From Azolla caroliniana (Eukaryota > Plantae > Polypodiophyta): 64,000 nt of DNA. The position numbers and the translations under genes were made by a program. The stretch spans positions 10,602,001-10,666,000 of the forward strand of contig JBHGNT010000014.1 of assembly GCA_043228905.1 (NCBI GenBank), read 5' to 3'. This document shows, one piece after another, positions 47,447-61,200 of this stretch (its first letter is position 1; each line of letters begins with the position of its first letter). The notes beneath the pieces were generated by a model. That model saw only the letters and a program-made list of their open reading frames with translations, was not told where the DNA came from and ran no database searches.

Positions 47447-49387
47447 TTCCGTAGTCGAGATATTATCTTCATGGAGGACAAGACGCTCGTCGACTGGGAG
47501 TCGGAGAAGAAGATAATGAACTCTGAGTCGACAGGTAAGGATAGACTCTACGATGAGCAGACCCAACCGGCAAGAGACCGGTTAGCACTCGAGGAACCAG
47601 CCGGTAACGGTGAGGATACCGAACCGGTAGAAGAAGAAGTAGAGGAAGCTGAGACCGGAACCGGCCAAGACCCCGAATCGGATTCGGATGAAGAGCAAAT
47701 GGAGGAGCCGGTTACCGAAGCCCGAAGACGGAGATATCCTCTCAGAGAGAGAAGGGCGCCCCGGAGATTTCCGGATGCAGAGCATGTTTTGCTGACCGAT
47801 GAGGGGGAGCCGGAAAGCTTCGAAGAAGTGAAGGAAGACACCCACAGCCGAAAATGGTTAAGTGCCATGCAGGACGAGATGGATTCCCTGCATGAGAACC
47901 ATACATACGAATTGGTGGAGTTGCCGAAAGGAAAGCGGGCACTCCGAAACAAGTGGGTGTACAAGTTGAAACCGGGAGATGCCGGCAACCCCCCGAGATA
48001 CAAAGCCAGGATCGTGGTGAAGGGGTTCCAGCAGAAGAAGGGCGTGGACTTCGACGAGATATTTGCCCCAGTAGTAAAGATGACCTCCGTCCGGACGGTG
48101 CTGAGTATAGCAGCAAGCATGGACCTCGAGGTAGAGCAGCTGGACGTGAAGACGGCATTCCTTCACGGCGACCTCGAAGAGGAGATCTACATGCAGCAAC
48201 CGGAAGGATTTGTGGAGAAAGGGAAGGAGCACCTGGTATGCCGGTTGAAGAAGAGCCTATACGGACTGAAGCAGGCTCCCCAGCAATGGTATTGGAAGTT
48301 CGACTCCTTCATGACCGATCAAGGGTACCACAAGACGCAGGCCGATCACTGCGTGTTTGTGAAGAAGTTCGAAGGAGGTGACTTCTTAATACTCCTCCTA
48401 TACGTGGATGACATGTTGATCGTCGGACGTGACCAAGTCAAAATACGGATGCTGAAGAAGGCTCTAAACCGGACCTTCTCAATGAAAGACTTGGGTCCGG
48501 CAAGACAGATGTTGGGGATGCACATCATCCGTAACCGGAAAACAAAGCAATTATGGCTGTCATAGGAGAAGTACGTGACAAAGGTGCTTCACCGGTTCAA
48601 CATGTCAGAAGCGAAACCGGTCGGATCGACACTTCCGGCAAACTGCAAGCTATCCGGTAAGCAAAGCCCGAGGACGAAAGCAGAGAAGGCGGATATGATG
48701 AAGATCCCATATGCCTCTGCCGTCGGGAGCTTGATGTACGCAATGGTTTGTACTCGACCGGACATTGGATACGCAGTCGGAGTGGTGAGACGGTTTATGA
48801 GCAATCCCGGCAAGGAGCACTGGAACGCGGTCAAGTGGATACTCCGGTATTTGAAGGGCACTTCAAATATGTGTCTCTGATTCGGCTCCGGAAAACCTCA
48901 ACTGGACGGTTTCACCGATTCGGACATGTCGGCTGATGTGGATACCAGCCGGTCTACATCCGGGTATGTGATGACATATGCAGGGGGAGCTGTTTCGTGG
49001 CAGTCGAGGCTGCAGAAGACGGTTGCATTATCAACCACAGAGGCGGAGTACATGGCGGCTGTGGAAGCCGGCAAGGAAATATTATGGATGAAGGACTTCA
49101 TCGGAGAGCTCGGTATACGGCAAGAGGAATACCGACTCTATTGCGACAGTCAAGTGTCATCCACCTTGCTAAAAATGCGGCCTACCATTCCCGGACGAAG
49201 CATATCCAGCGGAGGTATCACTGGATCCGGGAAAGAGTAGATGACCAGGAGTTCGCACTCACGAAGATCCACACGGCCGAGAACGGGTCAGATATGCTGA
49301 CCAAAGTGCTGACACCCAACAAGCTGGATGCATGCCGGAAGAGAATCGGACTGGTAAGACACCCCATGCCGGAGTGAAGGGGGAGTT

Positions 49388-49909
49388 TGTTGGGAGACAG
49401 GTCCCTCCGGATGGGAAGGGAGAAGAACAGTGCTGACGAACAAACTCGGTCGAGGCCGATAGGCCAAGGCCGAATCCGTATGAGGTGTACCCGGCTACGG
49501 AGAGCCGGATGGTGCAGGCCCGGTGTGAACCGGATGAGGAGTACCCGGCTACGGAGAGCCGGATGGTGCAGGCCCGGTGTGAACCGGATGAGGAGTACCC
49601 GGCTACGGAGAGCCGGATGGTGCAGGCCCGGTGTGAACCGGATGAGGAGTACCCGGCTATGGAGAGCCGGATGGTGTAGGCCCGGTCTGAACCGGATGAG
49701 GAGTGCCCGGATACGGAGAGCCGGATGGTGCAGGCCCGGTATGAACCGGAGGAAGAGACATATTCGTAAATATGTTTCTGAGAGCCCATCGAGGCTATAT
49801 TTGTAAATAGCCGAAAAGTCATATTAGTATAAATATGACTTAGGGTAAACTTTTATATGTTGTTGTCATTCTTCCTTGTTGGTGCAAGAAGAAGAGAGAG
49901 CGCGTAACT

Positions 49910-49956
<47 letters not shown>

Positions 49957-50228
49957 GGTCGTTGCCTCTGTTGTAACCGCCGCCTGTGGTGAAGATCGTG
50001 AGTCCGAGGTCGTTGCCTCCGTGTACTCACTGTTTTGTACATTCATACATAGTGACAGTTTGGAGCCTTTGGGCTGCCGTGGTTTTCCCCTAGTTTGGGG
50101 TTTTCCACGTTAACCTCCTGTGTACCATTTCTCTTCTTTGTGTCGTCTTCTATTTCCCGTTTTCTGTGTATGAAAAGAATCTCGGTTGTGGCCGAGTCTT
50201 GCGCATAAGGAACGACAAGTTCCCGTCA
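49388..50228 (+). repeat. Copia-2 3' LTR
   Basis: Direct repeat of 38676-39497 with a longer (GA)n tract and small indels. Confidence 0.95.
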
Positions 50229-52263
50229 CTTTCTTCATCCCACCTTTGCCAAAGTTGGGTTTTAGGGGTTCTCGGGTCTCCGAGGAGTGGACTCTCCCAT
50301 TTTGATAGAAGATAATGTTTCTTTCTAACGCTTCCTTATGGCTCTGACAATCCCTTTTTTGGTGCTCCATGCTATTGCACCATATGCATCGGCGGATGAA
50401 TTCACCCTTTTCTCCTTGATTGGGCTTTTGTCTAACACTCGAGCTTTCGCCCATTTCAAGCTTTGTGAACTTGAGTTGTAAATCCCGCATTCCTTTTATC
50501 AACTCATCAATTGCTGGCTCTAGCTCCTTTCCTTTGCCAACATCCGTTCGGGTCCGAAATCTTGTTTTGGATGTTCTCTAGTTGTTGTCTTTATTCTGTT
50601 GTCCTATCCATCCTCCATCCTTAGTGCTCTCCTTCTTAGTACTCGACAAGCCTCGGGTACCAATTGGAGACCAAACCGGTTGTGCTTGTTTAACCCTCTA
50701 GAAGAATGGTGATATCTTTTCTAAAAGATTTATGTCGCTCAGATGAATAAATCCACCTTCTCTGATTGTAGTAGTTCTCGGTCTCTTACCTAGAGCTCAT
50801 TATACCTTTTCTCAAACTCTCTCAACAACTCTGAGACTTAGAGTCCTTTACCCCCTTTCTCGGTCCATTTGAGAAAGCTCTTCTTTGACATTCCGGTCCA
50901 GTTGTCTAGCATATATTCATCAAGCAATGCTTGACGGAACCCATCCCAGTCGTCACGAAATTTCTCTGATAATTCCACTACCCTTGCTCGGACATCAAGT
51001 GTGCAAACACGGTTGATATGCAACACCATTTGTACACCAGTTGCCCCTCTACTGGCCATCTCATATTCGTAGACATCGAGGAACATAGTGACGTCCTCGC
51101 CATTAAACTTATTTATCCTCTCGATGATCGTTTGTACGATGAGTGTTAACTCACTTTCCATCTGGTTCATCGCACTTTGCTCTTATAAAATCCGACTCAT
51201 CATCATCAACATGAAGCTTGTCATATCTTCATTGAAGCCCTTATTCGCCATCTCTGTGTTAGCTCCTTTATCTGCCATCTTCGTCGAATTTCCGACCCTC
51301 GCTTTGGCAAACTTTAACTCCAAAACCCCCCTTCTCAGTGACACTTCACCTCGGGTTCACCAAATTTATGTTGTAAATATTGTGGTTGTGTGTCCCAACC
51401 GTTGGGGTTCTGTGACTCAGGAATAATTGTGTGGATGGTGTGATGACAAGAAGGCGAGAAGACAAGATAGATGCGACGTTATTGCGAAAAGAATTTTGTT
51501 TGTAAAAATGACCACTTACAATATTTGTTTGCCAAAAGTTAACTGGCAAGACTTGAACTAAACTCCTCTCTTGAAAATAAGGTTTACCAAATAAACCTCT
51601 TCAACTATTCTCCTTCTCTTAAATTTTCTTTCTCTTTACATTTACTAATTTTAGCTTACAAAACTTGTTTACCTAAAAGAAGTTGTTTTGGGTGGACTCT
51701 AACTCACAACCTCTATTTGTAAAGAGGCATTTGAGATAGACCACTTCAACTTCTTCATTTACTTTTTCTCTTGTTGAGCAGGCCATTGGCTTCATGAGCA
51801 ACCTTTGCATCCTTCCCTCACTTTCTCCCTTCCCTCTCTTCTTCTTCCCCTCTTCCCCTCTCCCCCCCTTTTCAGCCACCATGGGAGTGTCTTTTATAGG
51901 GGGTCAACCGCCCAACCACCCTCTTGTGGCGGTTGACAAACCTCCTCATGCAGGGCGATTATTTCTTCTTCTGTTTTATATATGTTATTTATTTATTTAT
52001 AAATTTTACAAATTCTATTTGTAATTGTACATTTGAGAAATTATAAAATCACCCTTATTTAATTTCGAATCCCCCCTTTTGATATAATTACATTTGTGTC
52101 CCGAGTAGCATTGATCCTTCCGAAGGTTGTATCTTGGGCTTCCGAACTCCGACTCATGAACCAAAAAATCGTACATCCTCCTCGTCACAAGCTCTAGATG
52201 GGAAATGTCTTTCTATATATTTTTAACATTATTTAGACATCGTGAAGCCTCAACTTCACGACA

Positions 52264-53164
52264 CCGTTGTCTTCAAATGCATGACTTCGCACGTCGATGC
52301 ATCGATCTTGTCTGGTTTCTCATTGCCATACTGCACCGGCAACGATAAATCTTGGAAAACGAGCATACCTCTCATTTTTTATTTCCAGATTGAGTCGTTG
52401 GAACTAGTTAGCTTGAACATCCTTCCAAGAGATTTGTCATTGCTCTGATACCAGTTTGTTAGAATATAGGACCAACCACAACCAATTCACAAGCAACAAT
52501 GAGGAATGACAAGAACATGAAGAACAAAAAACAAAAGATAGAAACATTGAGATTTTAACGTGGAAAACCCTCAATGGGAAAAATCACAAGAGTCCACAAA
52601 CTCCAAACTAGATCACTATAGTATGAAGGGATACAACAGGAGACACTAAGCCAACAACCTTGAGCTCCTCTTCGTCTGATGACGGTTACCATAGAGATTC
52701 CTAACTCTCGCTCCCTCTCTTGCTCCTACTCACTAGTTACATACTATGATACACTCTACAACTCTTTCTACATCAACAACCACAATTGTTCAACTATTAT
52801 CACCACAATCATAACTACTTGCCCTAACTATATTTATACTCATATACATATATGACTATTTACAAATATAGCCTAGTCATATTTGGTCAATTTGGCTATT
52901 ACCCAAATTGGTTATCGATCGATTATCAGTTTGTCGATTATTCAGCCTCGGCCAAGTTAACTATCAACTGATTCGGCTTATCTCTCCAGTCAGTGCAAAA
53001 TTGGCTCTTGACGATCTGACTCCTTGTGTCGTATCCGAATTTTCGAATGAGACAAGCTGACTATCATCCAACTCTTCAGCCGATTGGATTCAGGCTGATC
53101 CGATTGGTTCTCCATCTCATCCAATTTGTGTTCTTCCCATCCGGAGGGACTAGGTTTCCCAATA
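52264..53164 (-). mobile_element. Copia 5' remnant (LTR 52457-53164, iMet PBS, start of gag), related to Copia-2
   Basis: PBS TGGTATCAGAGC (52453-52442); gag MFKLTSSN...MRGML...PDKIDAST is cut by the Trp-Gypsy LTR. Confidence 0.8.
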
Positions 53165-53757
53165 GAAGGTTGCAACAACGGCTAATCCGAGATTACTCGA
53201 CTGAGAGACGAGCTCTGACAATCGTCAGACACGGAAGCCATCAATCGTGGCAAAGGCAGGAAGATCACACAAGAGCTCGAAGGACAACTAAAGGAGCTAA
53301 ACAAGGTACATACATAGCTCTCAATGGGTTTTGAGGTCCAAGGGATGGCATTGGGTAGGGCCAAAGAGGCAATCAATGAAGAACGAGAGGTTGTGTCGTA
53401 TCCGAATTTTCGAATGAGACAAGCTGACTATCATCCAACTCTTCAGCCGATTGGATTCAGGCTGATCCGATTGGTTCTCCATCTCATCCAATTTGTGTTC
53501 TTCCCATCCGGAGGGACTAGGTTTCCCAATAGAAGGTTGCAACAACGGCTAATCCGAGATTACTCGACTGAGAGACGAGCTCTGACAATCGTCAGACACG
53601 GAAGCCATCAATCGTGGCAAAGGCAGGAAGATCACACAAGAGCTCGAAGGACAACTAAAGGAGCTAAACAAGGTACATACATAGCTCTCAATGGGTTTTG
53701 AGGTCCAAGGGATGGCATTGGGTAGGGCCAAAGAGGCAATCAATGAAGAACGAGAGG
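53024..53757. repeat. 367-bp tandem duplication
   Basis: 53024-53390 is repeated at 53391-53757, with TTGTG at all three junctions. Confidence 0.92.
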
Positions 53758-55656
53758 TTGTGAAGAAACAACAACAATGGTTCGAGGCCCAAATGGCAAC
53801 CGAATGGAAACTGGCTAAAGAGATTCAACTCGACATGCAGAAGGAAATGGCACGGATGTAGGAGTTGCATGAAAAGGAGATGAAGATCTTGTAGAACAAC
53901 ATGGGCTTAATCCAAGAGAGATATGCAGTTCAATTGGCAATGGTTGCAAGGACGATCAAGCGACTCAAAGATAACGAAACAACAATGTGCGCAAAGGTGG
54001 CAATGGGCACGAAAAGGATCAAGGTCCTACTCGGCACTCACAAGAACCTGACCGTGAAGAAGATTGCCAATGTGGTGGAAAAAGGATGGGGGGCCTAGTC
54101 AGCCCAAGCAACCGCGACACATATTCCATGTAGACCAGGAGAATCAGCGGAACGAAGGCAAGAGATTCTACAAGCTCGACAAGGAAAGTGTCGCATCCAT
54201 TCAGGAGGAGCTAGCAAGTGATTACCACTCCTTGTCCCAACTCCACTCCCAGGAAATACAGGGGTTGCTGGAATAATTCGGGGATGCCCAACTTCAACTC
54301 ATGATGGGGCTAGATGCAGACGAAATCGAACGAATTCAGATAGAAGGAGATGAGAAGGAGGGGTAAGCGACGGAACACCTCACTTTTCCCAACATTGAAT
54401 GTAACAAGAAATCCCAGGACAAGGCCGACCAGATAACCCCAAGACCCATGGCAGATGAACAAGCACCAACTAGCACAGAGGAAATAGTGGAAGGATGTAA
54501 CCGACTGCAACTAGGGCCGACTAAGCAAACACAGAGAGACGTAACCACTAGGCAGCCGGAGGAAGAGGATAAGGTCAACCAAGCCTACTAATTCTAAATA
54601 AGGAATCTCGTCAAGAAGGGAAGAACACCGAAAAAACTCTAATAGCGGACTCTGAGGACCAGAGAGAGCACATGACATGCAAACACGGACGCTTCGGCAC
54701 GACCCACCAATGACACAACTGGCATCGGCGAATCAGCTTAGCAAGAGCCAAACACTTTGTACATCTTTGAAGAAGCATAACCGGATAATTTTTTGTGAAC
54801 TATCCCACATGCATGCCATGTGTTGGCAGGCTAGGATGACCAAGGTGGGAAAGGGCCATAGGGACAAGTGTGGGTCGAAGTGGGGCCGGACGTGGAGTTG
54901 TAACATAACGCATGTAATATGTTGGGAATTCGGTCCCTCCAGATGAGAACCGGAGGAGCCGGATTGGACGATGCCGAAGGAAGGAACCGGACCAGACAGA
55001 TCCGATGTGAACCGAATCCAGGGACATATCTGGAAGTATGTTTCTAGTGTGCCTGTCATGGCCACATTTGTAAATAGTCCTAAAGTCATATAAGCATAAA
55101 TATGACTTAGGGCAATCACTTTATGTGCATGGTTATCATTATCATTATACATAGATACACAGAGTTTTCTGTTGTAACTGCCGGTTGGCGAAGGCATATA
55201 GAGCTCAAGGTCGTTGCCTCTGAGTCTCCTATTGTACCCCTTTCTCTTATAGTGATAGTTGGAGTATGTGGGCTCCTGTAGTTTTTTACCTATTAGGGTT
55301 TTCCATGTAAACATCATGTGTCCTCTTTGTTGTTTGTGTAAGTGTATTAATCTCCATTTCTGCTTTGCTCTTCCATTGAGTTTAAGACTCGGTTGTTGTC
55401 GAGAGCTATTCTGCATGTAACATAATTAAAAGAAGTAGTAGCGGTTCACATTCTAAAACGTAACTGTCCATCCTCCCTATAAAAATGGACATGGAGCTTT
55501 TGTAAAGGAGTCGATTGTATTGAGTCATTGAATTAATAGAAGATCTGTTTACTATACCCTATCTTTGTGTTGAGCATCTCTAGTCTTTACTATGTAAATT
55601 GCAAGTCACCAGTCGGTTGTAGCCGACTCAATCCATAGTCTCCACAGTTAATACAA
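53165..55656 (+). mobile_element. Athila-like element 3, 3' remnant (extra ORF, tRNA-like motif, 3' LTR from 54821; right end approximate)
   Basis: FYKLDKESVASIQEELASDY is homologous to the element 1 extra ORF; TCCCACATGCATGCCA-TG precedes the LTR start TGTTGG. Confidence 0.7.
54920..55422 (+). mobile_element. Copia solo LTR related to the Copia-2 LTR
   Basis: TGTTGGG..GTCCCTCC...TAACA; shares TATAAATATGACTTAGGGCAA; TSD TAATA/TAATT. Confidence 0.75.
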
Positions 55657-56399
55657 CTTGATTCGGGAATCACCTTAGGTAATGCACCTTGTTCATATAA
55701 TCTATGCATCGTTGCACCAAAAGAATTTGGCAATCGTATCATTTGGACATGCCTCATATGGCCACATCATTTGTGGTACCTTAGCCCATACTACTATACA
55801 CCACAAAAAACCACCATCCCTAAACATAAAGGCTAAAATTCAGAACACTCTTCTCCAAACTTGTTGTGCAGCCTGACATTCCCTCAAGCAATGTTTCAAT
55901 GTCTCCATTTGACAACTACAATAGACGCTTGCAGTCGGTCCACCTGATTGATGCAACCATTGGCCTACCGATAATGCTCTATGTATTACTAGCCATTGGA
56001 AGACATTTATTGTCATATATTGTTTCCTTGCCCATAATGTCCTTCAAAACTTTTCTATGAATTCGAATGTGACCCCTTGATAGGTCCAAAATGGACTAGC
56101 CCATGGTGTAGTCCTACGTTGAGCTACCAAAATGTGTCGTCCAATCTTAACTAAGTACTCAAATGCATCTTTCCACCAAAATTTCCCCGAATCCCATTGC
56201 AACCTTATCAAGGGTTTCTTTAAAAAAACTCTCAATTTCCAATACTCCTTGATTATCGACTTGTTGGTCGATGATCCACTTAGATCCATCATAAGCAAGG
56301 ACCCTTATTTTAGAGAATGTAGCATATTGCAAGATCTCTGGTTGTATCATTGATCTACATATAACGCCATCTTCCTCGACATCATAGTCTTGAAACTGT

Positions 56400-57086
56400 T
56401 GTCGTGTGGTTCTTCACACACGATATGAAAAATAGAGAAATAATTATTTTAGATTAGCTTAATGGTTTGGTATGAAAAGATGGACGTGTTCAAGAGCTTC
56501 TGAATGCATTTTACTACATATGAAACAGATAACTACATGTCAAGTTATGTGAGTATGAAGCTTCAGAAGATGGGGAAACAGAACTGTAAGATATCCCACA
56601 TAGACAAGTGTAAGATTTCCTTCATGCAAGTGCGAGGGGTAACATGCAATTGAAGTGGGTTAAAAAAGAAAGCACCCGAAATTTGAAAGGGGAGAGCAAT
56701 TTTTTTTCTCATAGATTCGAAAGAAAAAAACTATGATTCAGAAAACCCTAACCCTAATAATTTTCCTTACAGAAGCCATATCTCTCGAAAAACCCTAATT
56801 TTTCTTACGGAAGCCATATCTCTCAAAAAACCCTAATTTTCCTTACGAAAGCCATATCTCTCAAAAACCCTAATTTTTCTTATCTATTAATCTCAGTAAA
56901 CCTAAAACTTCTGAATCCCAATCTTGGGATAGATTATAATTTGTCTTTTTCTTTGCTAATGAAAATTACTAAATTTTCGCATTTCCGTTAATTCTTAAAA
57001 CATAAACGCATGAATCTGGTATCCTCTAGTCGGAGACCCCGGGGTCCTGCCTCAAGTTCACGTATCTTTGTCATATTTTCGCGACA
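56400..57086 (+). mobile_element. Solo LTR (687 bp), TGTCG...CGACA family
   Basis: Same termini and internal repeats as 32652-33253; flanks CTGT/CCAT, each one CpG transition from CCGT. Confidence 0.8.
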
Positions 57087-57819
57087 CCATCCACAAGACA
57101 AATATCCCCTTACCCCCACTATCACTTGAAGCCTCGTAAATGCCCCTTCCTACCCGGGAGGATTAAATGACCATACCATAGAGGCCGAGTGCCCCAAAAC
57201 TGCCTGCACCTAGTCCCACATAATTCATCCCCCTCTCAAGGAGGTAAAATATTCTCACCTTTCATTTATATGCAAAGTAAGAAAGGATTTCCACGCATCA
57301 ACTGATGCTCCTGGCCCTACATCGAGCTTGGCCCAATCTAATCTCGTATGAAACCCCAACATGTGCCTTGACGACAAACACAAATTCCAATTCCACACTA
57401 AGTGTTGTCTTAGTATTCCTCCTCACATGTTGGTACACCATGTCCCAACCCTTTATGTACATGCTCACATGCTCTTAGAAGACTATTAGATAATTTGTCT
57501 TCCCAATTCCTAGTCATAACATATTTCTTGTCTAGTATAACGATCCATCTTATACTATCACTTTGTAATCCACCCATCTATGGAGCACAACAATACCGTC
57601 TTTACATAAGCAATTGCTTCCAAGGGGCGTGTCCTGGTAAAAGGCTACGGGCTATTAGCTTTGGTAACAAGTCCATGCATTGATCTAGGGGATCAATAAT
57701 CTCTAGACCACCATGTTGCTTTAGGGTTATCAACATACACCATGCCACCTTCGCTCTTACATGACTCCTATCCTCCCCTACACATATAAAATTCTGAACC
57801 AACCTTCAAATTTGTCCAA

Positions 57820-58259
57820 TGTCAAGAATAGTACTAAAACAGAGAGAGAATTTGTGCTAGAGAAGGGAAGTACTATTAGTACTAAGAGGACAGGACTGCG
57901 TAAGACTCCCGAGAGAGAGAAAAGAGAAGAGGAGAGAGAGAGAGAGATAGTGAGGACGAGAGAGAGGGATAATGAAAACAGATGATATATTATAGGAAGA
58001 GTAAGTACAAGATGGCCATGAGGCTTAAGAATGGCGTTGAACCAATTTGGTTCAACATAATTCCTAGTGCCTTCTTTTATAGTGTTCTCATGAGTAATCT
58101 TGAGGCTTCTAGAATGTTCTAGAGAAATCTGGAATATACTTAATTTCCTATAATAAAACTTAAATGAAAATAATATCTTATGTATTACAATAGATGGTAT
58201 AATGGTCAAGAGCTCGACCCATATAACATAAGGTCATGGGTTCAAGTCTTGCCATAACA
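57820..58259 (-). mobile_element. Chromovirus solo LTR (440 bp), diverged relative of copies A and B
   Basis: TGTCAAGA...ATAACA; perfect TSD TCCAA; shares ATGGCGTTGAACCAATTT, an HSE and A/B boxes with the A/B LTR. Confidence 0.88.
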
Positions 58260-61200
58260 TCCAATGCACAATTTTGAAAAGATCCAAGAGGAAGGTATAC
58301 CAGACCATAGATAGTAGCACGTGATTGGCAACTATCACTCTACCGGCCAACGATAGCTTACCATGGCTCCAGAAGAATAACTTTTTCCTCAAAGTTAATA
58401 ATAACTGCACAACATGTAATTATGGGGCCAAATCAATCCCAACCTGCACTTCAAGATATGTAACTATGACTCCTATTTGAGTCCACTGGAAAGTAGGATG
58501 TTGTGCCCACCGAGGCGGCAGTTCCTTGCTCACCCAAAATGCAACCGTTTTTCCCCAATTTAGGTTAAGCTACGGATGTTGTACAAAACTATAACAAAGC
58601 CATTTCTACCTATTGCAAATTCGTTAGAGTCCCATCCACATATAACACAATATCGTCTGCAAATTCCGAGTCCAATATATCTTGTCCATTTATTGGCATA
58701 GCCAAACCACGCAAGCCCATAGATTGTGTTGATAGAAATACATGCATTGCTTCTGCAAACAAAAGAAACAAAAATAGTGCACGCGGACATCCCTGACGAA
58801 CTGACCAAGTAATGTTAAACTGAGGTCATACTCCTCCTGCCAACAACACCTGATTATGTGCATTCCTATAAAGGCGGAAAGAATTGAATGCTGGAATTTC
58901 GAAACAAGAAACGCCCTTAATCCATGCCGTGTTGAAGCCCAGGCGATGCATAGTACCTTCCAAAACAATCCATTCAACCATTCATATGCTTTCTCAAAAT
59001 CCAACAACAACACTACTAGGTTTTGTTTGTTTTTCACCGCAACTGCAATGAGCCTCCCAAAATGTTAAAACACTATCCATAATACTCCTTTCCCGCATAA
59101 ACCCAATTTGTGATACATGAATTATCTTTGGTAGCACCTCTTGTAATAAAAAACTAAGCAACTTAGCAAATATTTTATAACTAGTATTCAAGAGGGTGAT
59201 CGGCCTCCACTTACGAATATCTTTCGAAACCCCCTCTATTTTAGGTAAAATATAAATAAGCCCCTCAGATAACAACATGGACATCTCTCCACTTTTGAAC
59301 ATATGTTGGTAAGCATCTCTTAAGTCTTCCTTCAATATCCCCCAATATTTTGTGTAGAATTTAGGTGTAAGACCATCCACTATAGGGCAACTATTATCTG
59401 ATAACGAGTGTAGCACTTGTTCCAACTCGAACTCTATAATAGGTGACATCAATGAATCCTGCATTGCTCGAGTAACCTTGGGCTGAATTTCTGCCCATAC
59501 CTTCATTCTATTTTCTTTGATATCCTTAGACATAGGCTCTTCTGACAAAAGGGCAACATAAAACTTCGTGGCAATTTCCCATATGGCATTTGGGTCCATT
59601 TCAAATTCGCCATTTTCATTCCGCATACAACATGTTATCATACATCTATCACCAATTTGCGTCCATCTTGAAACAAAGTTGTGATAATGGAATTGACTAT
59701 GACAGTCTTCCATATGTTGAACCTGTTTTCGGGCTTCTTCAAGATGCAAAGCTACTCATGCACACTCTGGCACCCTATTGCAATCTTTGCAAAGACATCA
59801 ACATTGAATGCATCTTACTTTTCTTCTCTTGATATACCATATATTATTCAGATTTTGATTTCAACGCAAAATATTGTGATATCTCCATCAAAGCATAAGC
59901 CACCTTGGTTGAAATGGAAACATCCATATTATCTTTCTGTCGCCAAATATCTCTCACTTGAATATACCATCGATCATCTAGCATTACTTTTTTCCGTATC
60001 CTAAATCATATGGACGCCATTTTCGATTGACCAAAGGTTCTCAATATAACAAGAGCATGATAAGAAAAAATAGTGCTTGGCATAATCTTGATAATCCCCC
60101 CATTTAAGACAAAGGCCTTCCCCACATAAAATCTATCCAACCTTGAGAGATTGGTTCCACCAATTCTCCTATCAGAACATGAGAAATGCAAAGAATCCTC
60201 AAATCTATACACATTAGGCATATGCCATGCATCCAAAATACGTAATTTCAAACACATCTGTTCCCACTAGTTCCACCCCATGAATTTTTACCACACTCCC
60301 TCCTTTTCTATCATTGGGGTACTCAATCATATTAAAATCCCCTACAACACACCAACAAAGGCACATTTAGTAATGCATTCGTAATTTCGCACCAAAAGTG
60401 TTTCTTGGCTGATGCATGATTGGGTGCATAAATATTCAAGTAACCCCAAGTTATGTACATATCCTATAGCACAATATATTGTGTTCGTCGTAGCACAATA
60501 ATCTCTTTACATATAATACTTGATTTCCAGTTATGTACCATACACACCCTGCCTTGTGTACCACTAGTGCCAATAGTTGGGGACCAAAACATCTCCCAAC
60601 TACCAGGTAGTATAGTGCCATAGTTCCGTACTCATTGGTCATTCAAATGATGTTCATGAAACATCATAATATCCAACGGCCCATTCTTAAGACAATTTTG
60701 TAATGCTTGTCTTAACTTGCCTCTATATCTTCAGTGCAAGGGGCTACGGCCATCCAAGCCCTAAACATTCCAAATGAGGAGCCTCATTAACAACTACTAG
60801 AAGTTGAACCAGAACCGAGCCTATGAGTCTTAGAGGATGGCTCCATGTCGCTTGTGCCCCCCCCCTTCCCCATAATCATCATTTGGCCTTTGAGCATGTC
60901 ACAACCTTCTTTAATGAAACGCCAATGATGGTGGGCCCAAGCCTTGGCTTGGCTTTCTAGTACCTCATCTTCTTGAATATAAACATAGCCAAAATCAAAC
61001 AATACATCTAAAGGTACATCCAATACAACATGCTTACGGTTCATCGCATCCAAATATGGAACCACTGAACAACTTGCATTCGCTAACCCCCTCAATAGTG
61101 CTTCCCCCAAATGAGGGCTTTGCACATACTTGGCAAAATGCAAAATTTGTCCTCTCAAGGCCAACATAACATTAGGTTGATTCCACATAGTTTTCTCATA

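Larger units (their letters stand above)
39527..49377 (+). pseudogene. Copia-2 gag-pol (ATG at 39527) with four stops, one frameshift and a nested insertion
   Basis: CFYCGKPGHFQKNC, WVVDSGASFH, LWHKRLCH, ADNGGEY, YVDD and RH; stops at 41114, 41624, 48563 and 48878; frameshift near 49150. Confidence 0.93.
38676..50228 (+). mobile_element. Ty1/Copia element Copia-2 (Tnt1/Tork-like), full length, interrupted by chromovirus B
   Basis: LTRs 38676-39497 and 49388-50228; TSD CTTTC on both sides; PBS TGGTATCAGAGC 39500-39511; PPT GAAGGGGGAG. Confidence 0.96.
38605..52263 (-). mobile_element. tRNA-Trp-primed Gypsy 5' remnant (LTR 51369-52263, PBS, gag), interrupted by Copia-2
   Basis: PBS TGGTGAACCCGAGGTGA (51362-51346); gag fragments 50838-51170 and 50229-50502 (CIWCNSMEHQKRDC) continue at 38670-38605; LTR begins TGTCGTGAAG; flank CCGT. 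Confidence 0.75.

Noticed and set aside
53324-53701. Duplicated ~100-125 aa ORF as a novel gene
   Set aside because: Chimeric frame across an LTR/TE junction, copied by the 367-bp duplication.
56745-56880. Telomere-like AAACCCT repeats
   Set aside because: Isolated telo-boxes within ~38-bp LTR subrepeats, not a telomeric array.
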